Both the position numbers and the translations under genes were made by a program. The notes under the pieces are model-generated. The model ran no database searches. It had not been told where the DNA came from and saw only the letters and a program-made list of their open reading frames with translations. From IMG/VR virus record IMGVR_UViG_3300032073_000002: a DNA stretch of 64,000 nucleotides. One strand, 5' to 3'. The DNA is from an uncultured virus (IMG/VR IMGVR_UViG_3300032073_000002). Its lineage: Duplodnaviria; Heunggongvirae; Uroviricota; Caudoviricetes. How positions within the stretch are numbered: the stretch's first letter is position 1; every line of letters begins with the position of its first letter. Of the stretch, positions 46,768-56,482 are shown one piece after another.

Positions 46768-49154
46768 GATATCTCCTTAATAAATTCATTTGTTAAAAAC
46801 CTTGAAGTTGTTTTTGCTTTCTGATTCTTTTTGAAAGCAGCCAACACTCTAGACTTCTTGGCATCGACCAAGTCATCATCTAATTCGTCTGAACCATCAA
46901 CACCAAGTGAAGAAGTTGCAGTCAAGAACATTTTGTTGTAACCGTGACAGTCGACAACCAATCCATTCTTCCTAATCTCAGCCCAGATTTGTCTGTCATT
47001 ATCCCACCATGTATCTTTCATAGAAGTGTATTCCATGATGTCATGCATGTCTCTTTTCTTATCAAGAACAAAGTAACCAGTCACAGTGACGTTACAAGTT
47101 TTAGATAACCAAGACAATAGGTTCTGAGTTTTTTTGAAAGAGTCATCGTATCTGTTATATCTACTATTGTTAATGTTCTTTAGAGGGAAAACTTTATTAT
47201 CGAATGGGTCAAGTATCTCAGTTACTTCAGAAATATCCCAAGGGTCAATACCTTCTCCTCTTGCCCATGCATTCTTTTCTGAAGAATCAACATTGAGTAA
47301 AGAACTTCTATGTGAGAATCCATCTGTTATTACTGTTAGGATTGACTTCTCAATTCCATAAGCTCTGTTGAACTCGGGAAGTAATTTTCTCATGACAACT
47401 AAACAATGGTCAAGAGGTGTACCACCTAATCTGTAACTCATTGGTCTGACATTAGTATCGAAGTAGAAGTAAGGGTCATCTTCATAACTGATTGCATACT
47501 CACCATCGTAAAAACTATTGTGAGCCTTCTCCATTTTTGGAGTGCTTCTCCAACCGAACTTTCCTAGGAAATGATTCATCCAAAGAGCCCCGATGTTAGT
47601 CATCATTTCTTGATACTTCTTATTGTTCATTTCATTTGAGAATAATTCAACAAGGTATCCATCATCATGAGTATAGTAGTCATCACTATTCTTAGAGTAT
47701 GCATCACTGAAGAGATAAACTCTGTGAGGGATGTTTGCTTTTCTGCAGAACTCTGAAAGAATAACTGCTTGTTCTAATAACTCAGCACAACTGTTTGCAA
47801 TTGAACCACTCCAATCAAGTAAAACATTTAGACCATGATTTTGTCCATCAGGCAAGTAAGTAACTCTTTTGAAAACATCATCAACGATTTGGTATTTTGC
47901 AAGTTTGTTCATATCTAACTTACCAGTTTTACCACTGAAAGCTTTAACACTTCTTTGTGCAGTCTGCTTCATTTCAAATTCTTTCACCATGTGAGCAACA
48001 ATCTTTTTGTTTCTATCAATCAATTTCTTTCCAGTGAAGACTGACTTCTTATAATTTTTCTCAGCATTGTGACCTCTGATTTTTCCTTCTTCAGTCCAGT
48101 AGTCATTCCAATCTGTAAGAACTTGATTGTGACCAATGATAATATCAGTTGACTCAGCGTTTTTGAATCTCTCTCTCAAATTGATTTGTTCTCTCCATGC
48201 TGGTTTGTCATCAAGGAACATTTCTTCATTGTTATGTGCATGATGTTCAGTGATAGATTCTCTAGCACCATTCTCACCATCGTAATCTTCGGGACTTGCA
48301 ACACCACCTTCTTTAGAAGTACCAGTAGTTTTTTTCTCTGTCTCACCTTCTACATCGTCTTCTTCACCATCTTCGTCTTGGTCACCATCACCATACTCGG
48401 GAGCTTCGGGAAGTTTGTCTTCCTCTTCACCATCTTCATCTGAATCTTCTTCACCATCTGAAGTATCATCATCATATTGGTCATCACCACCTTCACCATC
48501 TTGGAACTCATTCTCTTCTTCGTCACCTTCTTCTTCGTCACCAAGGTCGAACATTTTAGGAACAATTGATTCGTCACTCTCATCCCTAGTCTCATTTTCT
48601 TTTGACCAGTTGTAGATTGCTTCAGCACAAACTTCAACTTCTTCCCAAGAAGTACAAGCCTCTGCCATGTCTAAGAATTCTTGTTCTTGTTCTGTCAATT
48701 CAATTTGAACTCTTGAACCACACTTAGTAATCAAGTTGATTTTGTCAATGCATGAAAGTGTGTTCAAGTCTCTTCCTTTAAGACCAAAGAAATCCTTTTC
48801 CATCAACTCATTGTATGCAGTGTAGAAAGATTTTCTCAATCCTTGGAATTTGTTCTTGATTGCTTTCTCAATCCTAACGTCTTCAACAACATTAAGATAT
48901 CCTTTAAGTGTTTTGTTTTTTGTCAATGCATTATGAAGACCCTCGTAAGGTGTATTCAATGCATGTCCAACTTCGTGACCCATGAACAAGTCATAGAGTT
49001 CGTCACTGATATCATCTTTGAAAGTAGGACAAGCAAGTATCCTATTCTTTACATCGAAGTATGCAGTTGGTATTGGTTTATGAACAATAGTAATGTTCTC
49101 AGTTGCCATTAGTTTGGCAAGTTGGTCTTTTTGGTTTCTTTTTGTCTCAGTCAT
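46764..49154 (-). CDS. CobT-like protein: HExxH metallopeptidase-like domain, acidic linker and VWA domain
   Basis: HEVGHAL, NVVEDVRIE, D/E-rich linker, DWSGS MIDAS, GGTPL, ITDG. Confidence 0.82.
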   Translation of the reverse strand: MTETKRNQKDQLAKLMATENITIVHKPIPTAYFDVKNRILACPTFKDDISDELYDLFMGHEVGHALNTPYEGLHNALTKNKTLKGYLNVVEDVRIEKAIKNKFQGLRKSFYTAYNELMEKDFFGLKGRDLNTLSCIDKINLITKCGSRVQIELTEQEQEFLDMAEACTSWEEVEVCAEAIYNWSKENETRDESDESIVPKMFDLGDEEEGDEEENEFQDGEGGDDQYDDDTSDGEEDSDEDGEEEDKLPEAPEYGDGDQDEDGEEDDVEGETEKKTTGTSKEGGVASPEDYDGENGARESITEHHAHNNEEMFLDDKPAWREQINLRERFKNAESTDIIIGHNQVLTDWNDYWTEEGKIRGHNAEKNYKKSVFTGKKLIDRNKKIVAHMVKEFEMKQTAQRSVKAFSGKTGKLDMNKLAKYQIVDDVFKRVTYLPDGQNHGLNVLLDWSGSIANSCAELLEQAVILSEFCRKANIPHRVYLFSDAYSKNSDDYYTHDDGYLVELFSNEMNNKKYQEMMTNIGALWMNHFLGKFGWRSTPKMEKAHNSFYDGEYAISYEDDPYFYFDTNVRPMSYRLGGTPLDHCLVVMRKLLPEFNRAYGIEKSILTVITDGFSHRSSLLNVDSSEKNAWARGEGIDPWDISEVTEILDPFDNKVFPLKNINNSRYNRYDDSFKKTQNLLSWLSKTCNVTVTGYFVLDKKRDMHDIMEYTSMKDTWWDNDRQIWAEIRKNGLVVDCHGYNKMFLTATSSLGVDGSDELDDDLVDAKKSRVLAAFKKNQKAKTTSRFLTNEFIKEIS

Positions 49155-49160
49155 AAGTAT

Positions 49161-49193
49161 ATGCTATCATTAGCTGCATGGCATTGTCAAGGC
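49161..49193 (-). promoter_or_regulatory. early promoter, GCCTTGACAATGC class
   Basis: GCCTTGACAATGCC...TAGCAT, 18 nt spacer. Confidence 0.7.
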
Positions 49194-49379
49194 CTAGAGC
49201 GTAATAAATTTTCTCCTTGATTTAGAGAATTGTTTCATTGGGGTTTTGAAGATGATTTCTTCTTTGGTTCCAGTCTTGATATATCCAACTAGATGTCCAC
49301 CATCATTGACCATGTAGGTATGATTTGGTACATTGACTTTGGAGTCAGACCAGTCTGTAATCTCTTTTAGGTATTTCAT
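49194..49379 (-). CDS. small early hypothetical protein
   Basis: 61 aa with GAGG RBS; PNHTY...FSKSRRKF. Confidence 0.65.
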   Translation of the reverse strand: MKYLKEITDWSDSKVNVPNHTYMVNDGGHLVGYIKTGTKEEIIFKTPMKQFSKSRRKFITL

Positions 49380-49407
49380 TCCTCATCCTTTTTCATAATA
49401 TACACAT

Positions 49408-49440
49408 AGTATATCAAAAAGCTTGAGGCATAGTCAAGGC
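49408..49440 (-). promoter_or_regulatory. early promoter, GCCTTGAC(A/T)ATGC class
   Basis: GCCTTGACTATGCC...TATACT, 18 nt spacer. Confidence 0.7.
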
Positions 49441-49444
49441 AAGA

Positions 49445-50113
49445 TTAGCGTGGGATGTAGGAGTTTTTTCTGTGGATTTGGTGTTGGTTTTCGTCTAGGT
49501 TTATTCTCTCATCGATAATCATTTTGTCTTCGATGTCTGTAAACCACATTGAAATAGTATGTCTAGGGCCTCTCCTTACAGCACTAACGCCATGTTCGAG
49601 GTAAAGACCTTGAAAAAGAAGACCACCAGCGGTCTCTATGGGATGCGTATGGCCTATTGGATAGGTTTCACTGGGTGGGAAGTAGGTTTCACCACCTCTA
49701 AAGTTATCATTTAGATATAAAATGCATGTCCATTCTCTTGAATTTCCTGTCTCGGGAACTGCATCTTCGTTAATTTCTGAGTTAGAATAGGTATCAAAGT
49801 GTGGGATTTGAACTCCACCTATGTCCCATTCGTTTAGTGCCATCATTTCGGGATAGAAATGTTGTCCAGTTTCATTGAATATATGTGATGTGCAAATTTG
49901 AGCTGCACGTCTAAAACAATCACGTACCCAAGATGTTCTTATGTGACAGAAATCTATGGCACGATAGTCTGTACCGTCACCAACTGTTCTTAAATGTTTA
50001 TGCGTTAGATGATACTTTATCAGACTCTGGCAGTCCATCGGACTCAGTATGTTCTGAATTGTTATCGGCTGATACACTTTGTATGTATTTTGCAAGTGCT
50101 TGTCGTTTCTCAT
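49445..50113 (-). CDS. prolyl-4-hydroxylase-like 2OG-Fe(II) oxygenase
   Basis: PHFD, ILYLNDNFRGGET.F, EHGVSAV..G.R. Confidence 0.85.
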   Translation of the reverse strand: MRNDKHLQNTYKVYQPITIQNILSPMDCQSLIKYHLTHKHLRTVGDGTDYRAIDFCHIRTSWVRDCFRRAAQICTSHIFNETGQHFYPEMMALNEWDIGGVQIPHFDTYSNSEINEDAVPETGNSREWTCILYLNDNFRGGETYFPPSETYPIGHTHPIETAGGLLFQGLYLEHGVSAVRRGPRHTISMWFTDIEDKMIIDERINLDENQHQIHRKNSYIPR

Positions 50114-50612
50114 ACTCTATTCTCTTAGCTCTTTCTTTAGGTCGTGATTTTAATGCACGGTCTAATTTCAATTTTGAAGCACGTTGTAAGAAGATGATAC
50201 CATTAAGATGGTCGACTTCATGTTGAACACATCTTGATGCAAGTCCATCTAGACTTATAACTTTTTCTTCACCTTGTGCAGTTTGATATTTTAGTTCTAT
50301 CATTTTTGCACGTTTAATCATAAGGTACATATCGGGAAACGATAAGCAACCTTCTTTCATTAAATCTGTTTCTTGTGATACCTTTGTTATCTCGGGATTA
50401 AAGAAACAAACATTTCCTTGGTCTTGAGATTTCATTACAAAAACTCTTGCATCCAATCCTACTTGGTTTGCACTCAAACCTATTCCACCAAATCTATCCA
50501 TTGCTTCACTAAGTGCAGTTTCTATTTCTTCTGCATCCTTTCTTTCTTCAAAGTTGAATAGTTGTGGGGGTGTTCTTAAAACCTTAGAGGCTTCTTCTAT
50601 CAATTGATACAT
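49998..50612 (-). CDS. def: peptide deformylase
   Basis: GIGLSANQVG, EGCLS, QHEVDHL. Confidence 0.95.
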   Translation of the reverse strand: MYQLIEEASKVLRTPPQLFNFEERKDAEEIETALSEAMDRFGGIGLSANQVGLDARVFVMKSQDQGNVCFFNPEITKVSQETDLMKEGCLSFPDMYLMIKRAKMIELKYQTAQGEEKVISLDGLASRCVQHEVDHLNGIIFLQRASKLKLDRALKSRPKERAKRIEYEKRQALAKYIQSVSADNNSEHTESDGLPESDKVSSNA

Positions 50613-50614
50613 AA

Positions 50615-51958
50615 TTATTTCTTTAGTAGACCGTTATATTTTACGGCAAGGTTATAAAATTGTCCGAGTTTCTTAAGTCCAGCATGACCTGCCTTGTTAG
50701 TCCTCACTGACATCTGCATGGTGTACGTTGTATCTTTCGATGCAAGGTGTAGGAACCAATTCTGTTTTGATGACTTTGAAGCTTCTGCTTTGATAAACTT
50801 AACTACTGGTAAGAATACTCCGAGTTCATCATCATCTGTAACCTGTTCATACGTGGAACCAATTCCTTTAATAACTTTAGTTGGAACGCCTGGAGCTTCA
50901 CGTAAAATCTCTGTCTTTATATAGTCAAATGCTTTGCCACCCATTTTACCATTCTTATTGAATAGGTCTATCAATGCTTGTCTGACTATCTCTAAGTGTT
51001 CATTATAATACTGTTCATACTTGGTGTTGTTAGTCTTATCAAAATCTTTTAAAACTTGTGCTGTAACCTTTCGGTCTTTACTATCATATGTTTTTGCAGA
51101 AGGCATACCTTCAATCTTAGAGTATACTTCTTTATGTAACTTCTGAGATAACTTAGGTACATTGTTTCCTTCTTTAAATGCTTGAAAGATTGGGTTAACA
51201 TATGTGTTGAGTTTAGGTTCAGAAGTTTTCTTACCACCTGCTTTGAGAGAGGTTCCTAAGATTGCACCATCTGTAAACTGTAGAAAGATGTCGCCTGGAT
51301 GTTTGGGTGGAACGCCAGATGGTTTTGCACGGTATCCCCAATAAACATTCTTGATTGACTTTGCTTTCATTTCGTCATAGATATACTTTGTAATACCTAT
51401 TGCATTCTCTACTTTCTCTTGGAACTTGGATGACTCTTCTGCCTGTGCAATGAAATCCTTTGCAGCCTGTTTGTCTACACTGCCTACACATTTTAACTTG
51501 TCTACATCCTGTGTAAGTATCCAATCATAGAATGATGATACTGATTTAGGTTTGTAATTTTTCTCCCATGCAATGCAAGGGAATAGTTCTGTGATACTTG
51601 AGTTTAGTGTTGTCTCATTCATGCCACCACTCTTGGGTTTAAACATGATGATTGCACGGTCTCCATTGATTGATGGAATAAAGATAGGGTCAAAACTTGA
51701 TAGAGAACTTCCTTTAACTTCTGCAGAGATATCTGCATTCCTTAATTTCTTTTCTACATCGTCTCTATCTCCGTCTCTGTCTTGTGTCTTAACGACAAAA
51801 ACTGTAGTCCTACTGTTAGACTTTTTATGTTTCTCAATTGTTAGTCCATCGGTTACTTCAGAAGGTAAGTCTTTAACTTCTAATGATTCATCGAGTGTAG
51901 GAATATCAAGTCTGATATCCTCAAGCTTAGGTTCGAGTAATTGTTCGAATGTTTTCAT
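50615..51958 (-). CDS. late protein with a capsid-targeting-like N-terminus and a possible PD-(D/E)xK nuclease domain
   Basis: MKTFEQLLE; TLNSSITE; PGDIFL....G..LGTSLK; own late promoter. Confidence 0.55.
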   Translation of the reverse strand: MKTFEQLLEPKLEDIRLDIPTLDESLEVKDLPSEVTDGLTIEKHKKSNSRTTVFVVKTQDRDGDRDDVEKKLRNADISAEVKGSSLSSFDPIFIPSINGDRAIIMFKPKSGGMNETTLNSSITELFPCIAWEKNYKPKSVSSFYDWILTQDVDKLKCVGSVDKQAAKDFIAQAEESSKFQEKVENAIGITKYIYDEMKAKSIKNVYWGYRAKPSGVPPKHPGDIFLQFTDGAILGTSLKAGGKKTSEPKLNTYVNPIFQAFKEGNNVPKLSQKLHKEVYSKIEGMPSAKTYDSKDRKVTAQVLKDFDKTNNTKYEQYYNEHLEIVRQALIDLFNKNGKMGGKAFDYIKTEILREAPGVPTKVIKGIGSTYEQVTDDDELGVFLPVVKFIKAEASKSSKQNWFLHLASKDTTYTMQMSVRTNKAGHAGLKKLGQFYNLAVKYNGLLKK

Positions 51959-51971
51959 AATACTATTTATC

Positions 51972-53687
51972 CTATTCTGCTAGTCTAGAGAAGTTTTTGT
52001 ACTTCTCAAATCTTAACACATTACTGAACTTATCATATAATGTATCACCTTTATGACTAATGATAAATGCATTTACTCCATCTGTCAAGGTGTTTAACAG
52101 CTTTAAGAATTCATCTGTACCAGCAACATCTAAAGATGAGTCAAAGACTTCGTCTAGAATTAATAGGTTAGTGTTCACACTATTCTTCATTCTTGCAACA
52201 CTTCTCCATGTGAATAGAAGTGCAAGGTCGATTCTCATTTTCTCACCTTGTGAAAAGTTTTCGTATTTGAATACGTCACGGAATCTTGATTTAATTGTTT
52301 CATCGAATGATTCATCCAACTCAAATCCAACATAGAATTCTAATTGTGCAAGATACTTATTAATAAGCTTATTCATGATAGGAACATACTGTTTAATAAT
52401 CTTTTCTTTAACACCTTGGTCTCTAAGTAACATAGTTGCAATCTCATAGTAGTGTGTTCTGTCTATAAGAGATTTATGTTTGGTATGTAGAACATCTAAT
52501 TCATCTTCACCTTTGGTGATTCTTTCATGTACATCTGTACCACCATCGGATTCAATTTTTAAGGTTTCTATTTCACCATTAATTTTTTGGATATATTTTT
52601 GATTGGATAGGATTTCTGTTTGATGTAATCCTACTTGTCTTTGGATGTCGTCGATTTGTGACTGGATGTCACTGATTTCGAGGATTCTTTTTGAGGCACT
52701 GGAAACTCCATCTTCAATCTGTTGGAGTGCGAGTGCAATCTCCGTTGCCTTCTTATTCTTTGATTCGAGATGTTCTTTCTTGTGTTCCTCATCTAATCCT
52801 TGTTTACATGTTGGACATTCATCATTCTCTTCATAGAACTCAACTTCTTTTAATGCTTTCTTTCTTGCAGTAGTAAGTTGTTTATCCATTTCTTCTAAGT
52901 CTTTTAACTTTTTAGTAACGGAATCTTTATCGGAAATTGTTAACTGTATAGTTGCAATCTCTTCACTGTTAGTATCTATAACTTCTAACAGCTCACCTAT
53001 ATGAATGTTAGTATCTACTACTGTTTTTTCGAACTGAGTAATCTTTGCCATTCTATTTTCTGTCATGACTTTTACTTGTTCGTTCAAACCATTGAGTCTC
53101 TCTTCTAAGATTTCAACTGCATGTTGTGTATCTTTAACTTCAATTATATGTGCAGCCTTTTTCTTTCTAAGAAGCTGCATCATTGTTGTGAAGATATTGA
53201 TATCCAGTAAATCTTCTACCAATTTTCTTCGGTCTTTTGCTCTAAGTTGCATGAAGGGTGTGAAGTTAGCAGAACCAAGAATTGCAACCTGTGTGAATGA
53301 ACGATAAGACATTTTAAGAATATGTTTTTCAAGATGGTCTTGATAGTCTCTTACTGTTGCATCTTGGTTAACAAGTATGTCATCAACATAGAGTTCAAAA
53401 ATATTTGGTTTTGCGCCACGGATTATTTTGTATTCTTTTTTACCGATATAAAACTCTATCTCAACGACTAGAGCTTTCTCATTGATACTATTAATAAGTA
53501 ATTCTTTTTTTAGATTTCTAAATCCACGTCCGTATAATCCGAAACACAATGCATCTAATAGTGTAGATTTACCAGCACCATTCTCTCCAAGGATAAGAGT
53601 GGTTTGATGTGTATCTAATTCTATTTCAGTAAATTTGTTTCCCGATGAAAGTAAATTCTTCCATCTTACCTTTGTGAAATTTATCAT
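51972..53687 (-). CDS. gp46: recombination endonuclease ATPase subunit (Rad50/SbcC-like)
   Basis: GENGAGKS, CPTC zinc hook, FSQGE, LILDEVFD, ISH. Confidence 0.96.
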   Translation of the reverse strand: MINFTKVRWKNLLSSGNKFTEIELDTHQTTLILGENGAGKSTLLDALCFGLYGRGFRNLKKELLINSINEKALVVEIEFYIGKKEYKIIRGAKPNIFELYVDDILVNQDATVRDYQDHLEKHILKMSYRSFTQVAILGSANFTPFMQLRAKDRRKLVEDLLDINIFTTMMQLLRKKKAAHIIEVKDTQHAVEILEERLNGLNEQVKVMTENRMAKITQFEKTVVDTNIHIGELLEVIDTNSEEIATIQLTISDKDSVTKKLKDLEEMDKQLTTARKKALKEVEFYEENDECPTCKQGLDEEHKKEHLESKNKKATEIALALQQIEDGVSSASKRILEISDIQSQIDDIQRQVGLHQTEILSNQKYIQKINGEIETLKIESDGGTDVHERITKGEDELDVLHTKHKSLIDRTHYYEIATMLLRDQGVKEKIIKQYVPIMNKLINKYLAQLEFYVGFELDESFDETIKSRFRDVFKYENFSQGEKMRIDLALLFTWRSVARMKNSVNTNLLILDEVFDSSLDVAGTDEFLKLLNTLTDGVNAFIISHKGDTLYDKFSNVLRFEKYKNFSRLAE

Positions 53688-54754
53688 AAGTAAGTGTGTT
53701 CGTCCAATGCTTCATTATATAAGGTCTTCATAATCTCGTCGAGTTTTTCTTTCTTACCTTGTATCTCCAACCCATCAACATACTTGGATAATATGGTTAG
53801 GGTATCATCAACTCCTTCGATTTCATCATCGTCAAAGAAATCCATATGTTTATTATCATCTACGACTGCAACATGTAAAGGGTTAGATGCATGTACCTTG
53901 TCTAGGAATGAATCAAACCAGTAAGGATTATCTTTATTAACAACAATAACCTTTACAAACTTACCCTCAAATCTTGAGTAGTCAATCTCTTGCAAGGCCT
54001 CGAAATTTTCTATCTTACCATCATCATAATATCCTTTCTCAAACATAGTCAAAGGATTATGTACTGGGGTAAGTTCTTTTGTTTCTGTATCAAAAATATG
54101 GAAGTACTTTTTATCATTATAATCTGACCAAGTAAATTCCATTTGTGAACCTAAGTATCTAACATTCTTCACTTCTGATTTGTGATGGAAATGACCACTG
54201 TATACTTGTTCAAATCTTTTAAGATATGATATGTCTAGTCCATGTTGACATGTCATGTTAGGTAATAGTAATGCACCTTCTATCTCGAAGTGTCCCATAC
54301 AGTGAGTTGCAGCTGCAGTCTGCATGAACTCTACCATGTCTGCATAGTTATCATTGTTAATCCATGGTACTAATGCAATTGGAAAGTCATCGTATTCTTT
54401 TACAATAGGGTCGGCATATACGGTAATATTAGGTTGATTATAAAGAAGTAACTCGGGTGAATTAACATCATTCGTATTCTTATAATATGTATCATGGTTA
54501 CCTAGAATCAAGTCCATCTTGATTCCTCTCTCATTGAGTGGGTCTACAAAGTGTTCGATGTTTGCTTTCATCGATGCAAAGTTTACATACTTACGTCTAT
54601 CAAAGTAATCACCCATATGGATAATCTGTTTGATGTTATGTTCATCTAGATATGGGAAGAATATCTCTTCATAAAAACGTCCTTGGTACTTGGACATTTC
54701 AACCATATCTGAACGGACACCACAGTGGGTATCATTTAATATTGCTATCTTCAT
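53684..54754 (-). CDS. gp47: recombination endonuclease nuclease subunit (Mre11/SbcD-like)
   Basis: DTH, GDYFD, GNHD, GHFH. Confidence 0.96.
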   Translation of the reverse strand: MKIAILNDTHCGVRSDMVEMSKYQGRFYEEIFFPYLDEHNIKQIIHMGDYFDRRKYVNFASMKANIEHFVDPLNERGIKMDLILGNHDTYYKNTNDVNSPELLLYNQPNITVYADPIVKEYDDFPIALVPWINNDNYADMVEFMQTAAATHCMGHFEIEGALLLPNMTCQHGLDISYLKRFEQVYSGHFHHKSEVKNVRYLGSQMEFTWSDYNDKKYFHIFDTETKELTPVHNPLTMFEKGYYDDGKIENFEALQEIDYSRFEGKFVKVIVVNKDNPYWFDSFLDKVHASNPLHVAVVDDNKHMDFFDDDEIEGVDDTLTILSKYVDGLEIQGKKEKLDEIMKTLYNEALDEHTYL

Positions 54755-55308
54755 TCAGTAAAGTTTTCTAAATTTTTATTAGCTTTCTTTTTCTTATTTT
54801 TTGATTTACGTGGTTCATACTCTACACGATTCATATTCTCTTGCATCCACTCTACGTTAGAGTTGACTAGTGATGGGTCATGTTGACCATCGATAGTTGC
54901 AAATGAATCCATAGTAATAGATGATTCCATGATTTGTTTTTGTTTGATGTAGACTTGTTTCTTTTCCTTCTGAATCCTTCTTAAGAAAGCGTAATAACAA
55001 ATCTGAGTGACATATGCAAATGCATTGTTTGATTTTTCAACGTTAAAGTTACCAATGTATTGGATACAATTTTCGATTGCATCACAAATCATTTCGTCAC
55101 GGTAAGTATAGTTGATGAAATTAGGTCGAGTGGATAATCGGGTTGCAATCTTATAGATGCATTCACCAATGTATTCAGTCATTCGAGGGGGTTGTTTCCC
55201 AGCATCATTTGCTTCTTTAACTAAAGTATTAAACTCTGCAACTGCAGCTGTAAACTCCTTGTTATTGACGTAATGTTCTGCTTTTTTGGGGTCTTTTTTT
55301 GTAGTCAT
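54751..55308 (-). CDS. gp55: late sigma factor
   Basis: HYVNNKEF, RPNFINYTYRDEMICDAIENC, AFAYVTQICYYAFLRRIQKEKKQ. Confidence 0.95.
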   Translation of the reverse strand: MTTKKDPKKAEHYVNNKEFTAAVAEFNTLVKEANDAGKQPPRMTEYIGECIYKIATRLSTRPNFINYTYRDEMICDAIENCIQYIGNFNVEKSNNAFAYVTQICYYAFLRRIQKEKKQVYIKQKQIMESSITMDSFATIDGQHDPSLVNSNVEWMQENMNRVEYEPRKSKNKKKKANKNLENFTE

Positions 55309-55314
55309 GTATAC

Positions 55315-55343
55315 ATTATACCTCTTTATCGTAGTATTGTAAG
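55315..55343 (-). promoter_or_regulatory. sigma70-type promoter for gp55
   Basis: CTTACA-N17-TATAAT, 6 nt before ATG. Confidence 0.6.
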
Positions 55344-55431
55344 GGGCTTTTTAAATTAAAATTTATTTATAAAAGCCTATAGACAAATGAAAAATGTGTG
55401 ATAAAATGAATATGTCCCAAGGGGGATATAC

Positions 55432-55599
55432 TTAGCTAATCAATAGAACGAGTATGAATTGTAACGTCCCGATTAATACAAAGAATGAAATCCCGAGGAA
55501 AATGCAGATGAACATAATGTCGAGGGGATTTAGGTCGACCTTTTCCTCTTTACCTAGACCTAATAATAGCTTCGCGACAATCTTAAAATAATTTTTCAT
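55432..55599 (-). CDS. small membrane protein (55 aa; DUF2970-like pattern; not in ORF track)
   Basis: MKNYFKIVAKLLLGLGKEEKVDLNPLDIMFICIFLGISFFVLIGTLQFILVLLIS. Confidence 0.55.
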   Translation of the reverse strand: MKNYFKIVAKLLLGLGKEEKVDLNPLDIMFICIFLGISFFVLIGTLQFILVLLIS

Positions 55600-55846
55600 T
55601 TATAAAAAACATACCCAGCATCATAAAGAATACAGTCACCTGTATAACTGCTGGTACGACGACGAATAATTGCATTGCAGAAAAGTCACCCTTCATAAAG
55701 AAGTCTTCTTCATACCATGTTTCTAATTCTTCGTTCGTTGCTTCCTTCACAGTATTATTTAGTAAGGTTAATTCACCCTGTTTTAAAGATGTCAAGTCGT
55801 ATACTGATTGTCTGACTACGGGTCTCTTCCAAGAGTCGTGCTTCAC
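55583..55846 (-). CDS. small membrane protein
   Basis: C-terminal TM; coupled to cytochrome c. Confidence 0.6.
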   Translation of the reverse strand: MKHDSWKRPVVRQSVYDLTSLKQGELTLLNNTVKEATNEELETWYEEDFFMKGDFSAMQLFVVVPAVIQVTVFFMMLGMFFINEKLF

Positions 55847-56286
55847 TTAAGTTCAACCTCAATAAATTTACCAATCATATTGATATCTGCATCTGACAAC
55901 ATACCTGCTTGAGCCCACATCGTGGAACTCATTGCACCGACCTCACCTCTATTCTTATAAGTGTTAAGTCTGTCAACTATGTAATCTGCAGATTGACCAG
56001 CAAGTTTTGGGAAGACTGCCATACCTTGACCTTCTTGACCATGACAAGCTGCACAACCACTCCATAAACTTCTGATTTGACTAAACTCATCTAAGTTTGC
56101 AAGAGCTTGTTTTGCTTGTAACTGTTCTACCACAGTTCCGTTTAGTTCCACATACTCTGCATAACACATACCAGTGCAAGACTGATTACTGCTATATCCT
56201 GTGTACTCTAGATTAGGGTAAATTTTAAGTGAAAAGAATGCAAATATTACCATGCATCCTACTAGTGTCATTCCTAATTCTTTCAT
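55843..56286 (-). CDS. membrane-anchored class I cytochrome c (c553/c4-like)
   Basis: N-terminal TM; CAACH heme motif; FPKLAGQ; distal Met in MWAQA. Confidence 0.9.
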   Translation of the reverse strand: MKELGMTLVGCMVIFAFFSLKIYPNLEYTGYSSNQSCTGMCYAEYVELNGTVVEQLQAKQALANLDEFSQIRSLWSGCAACHGQEGQGMAVFPKLAGQSADYIVDRLNTYKNRGEVGAMSSTMWAQAGMLSDADINMIGKFIEVELK

Positions 56287-56402
56287 AACATTTGAATGTG
56301 TTGTTTGAATCTTTCCAAATCTCTAACTGCTCTTAAAGCTCCAGGCTCTCTGTCCATAAAGACCCATGATGTTAAGAGTATAAAAATAAATGGATATTTC
56401 AT
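56283..56402 (-). CDS. small protein (39 aa; not in ORF track)
   Basis: MKYPFIFILLTSWVFMDREPGALRAVRDLERFKQHIQML; ATGA coupling at both ends. Confidence 0.5.
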   Translation of the reverse strand: MKYPFIFILLTSWVFMDREPGALRAVRDLERFKQHIQML

Positions 56403-56482
56403 TTTGGGTTGTATATATAAATCGCTATTAGTATTATTACTTGTAAGGATAGTCCGCTGACTAAGAAACCTATATCAGACAT
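56399..56482 (-). CDS. tiny membrane peptide (27 aa; not in ORF track)
   Basis: MSDIGFLVSGLSLQVIILIAIYIYNPK; coupled. Confidence 0.45.
   Translation of the reverse strand: MSDIGFLVSGLSLQVIILIAIYIYNPK

Noticed and set aside
48340..48560. Low-complexity tcttca/tcatca repeats
   Set aside because: They simply encode the acidic D/E linker of the CobT-like protein
45187..49154. Cobalamin biosynthesis module
   Set aside because: No cobN or other cob genes in the window; the architecture fits a generic MoxR/VWA system
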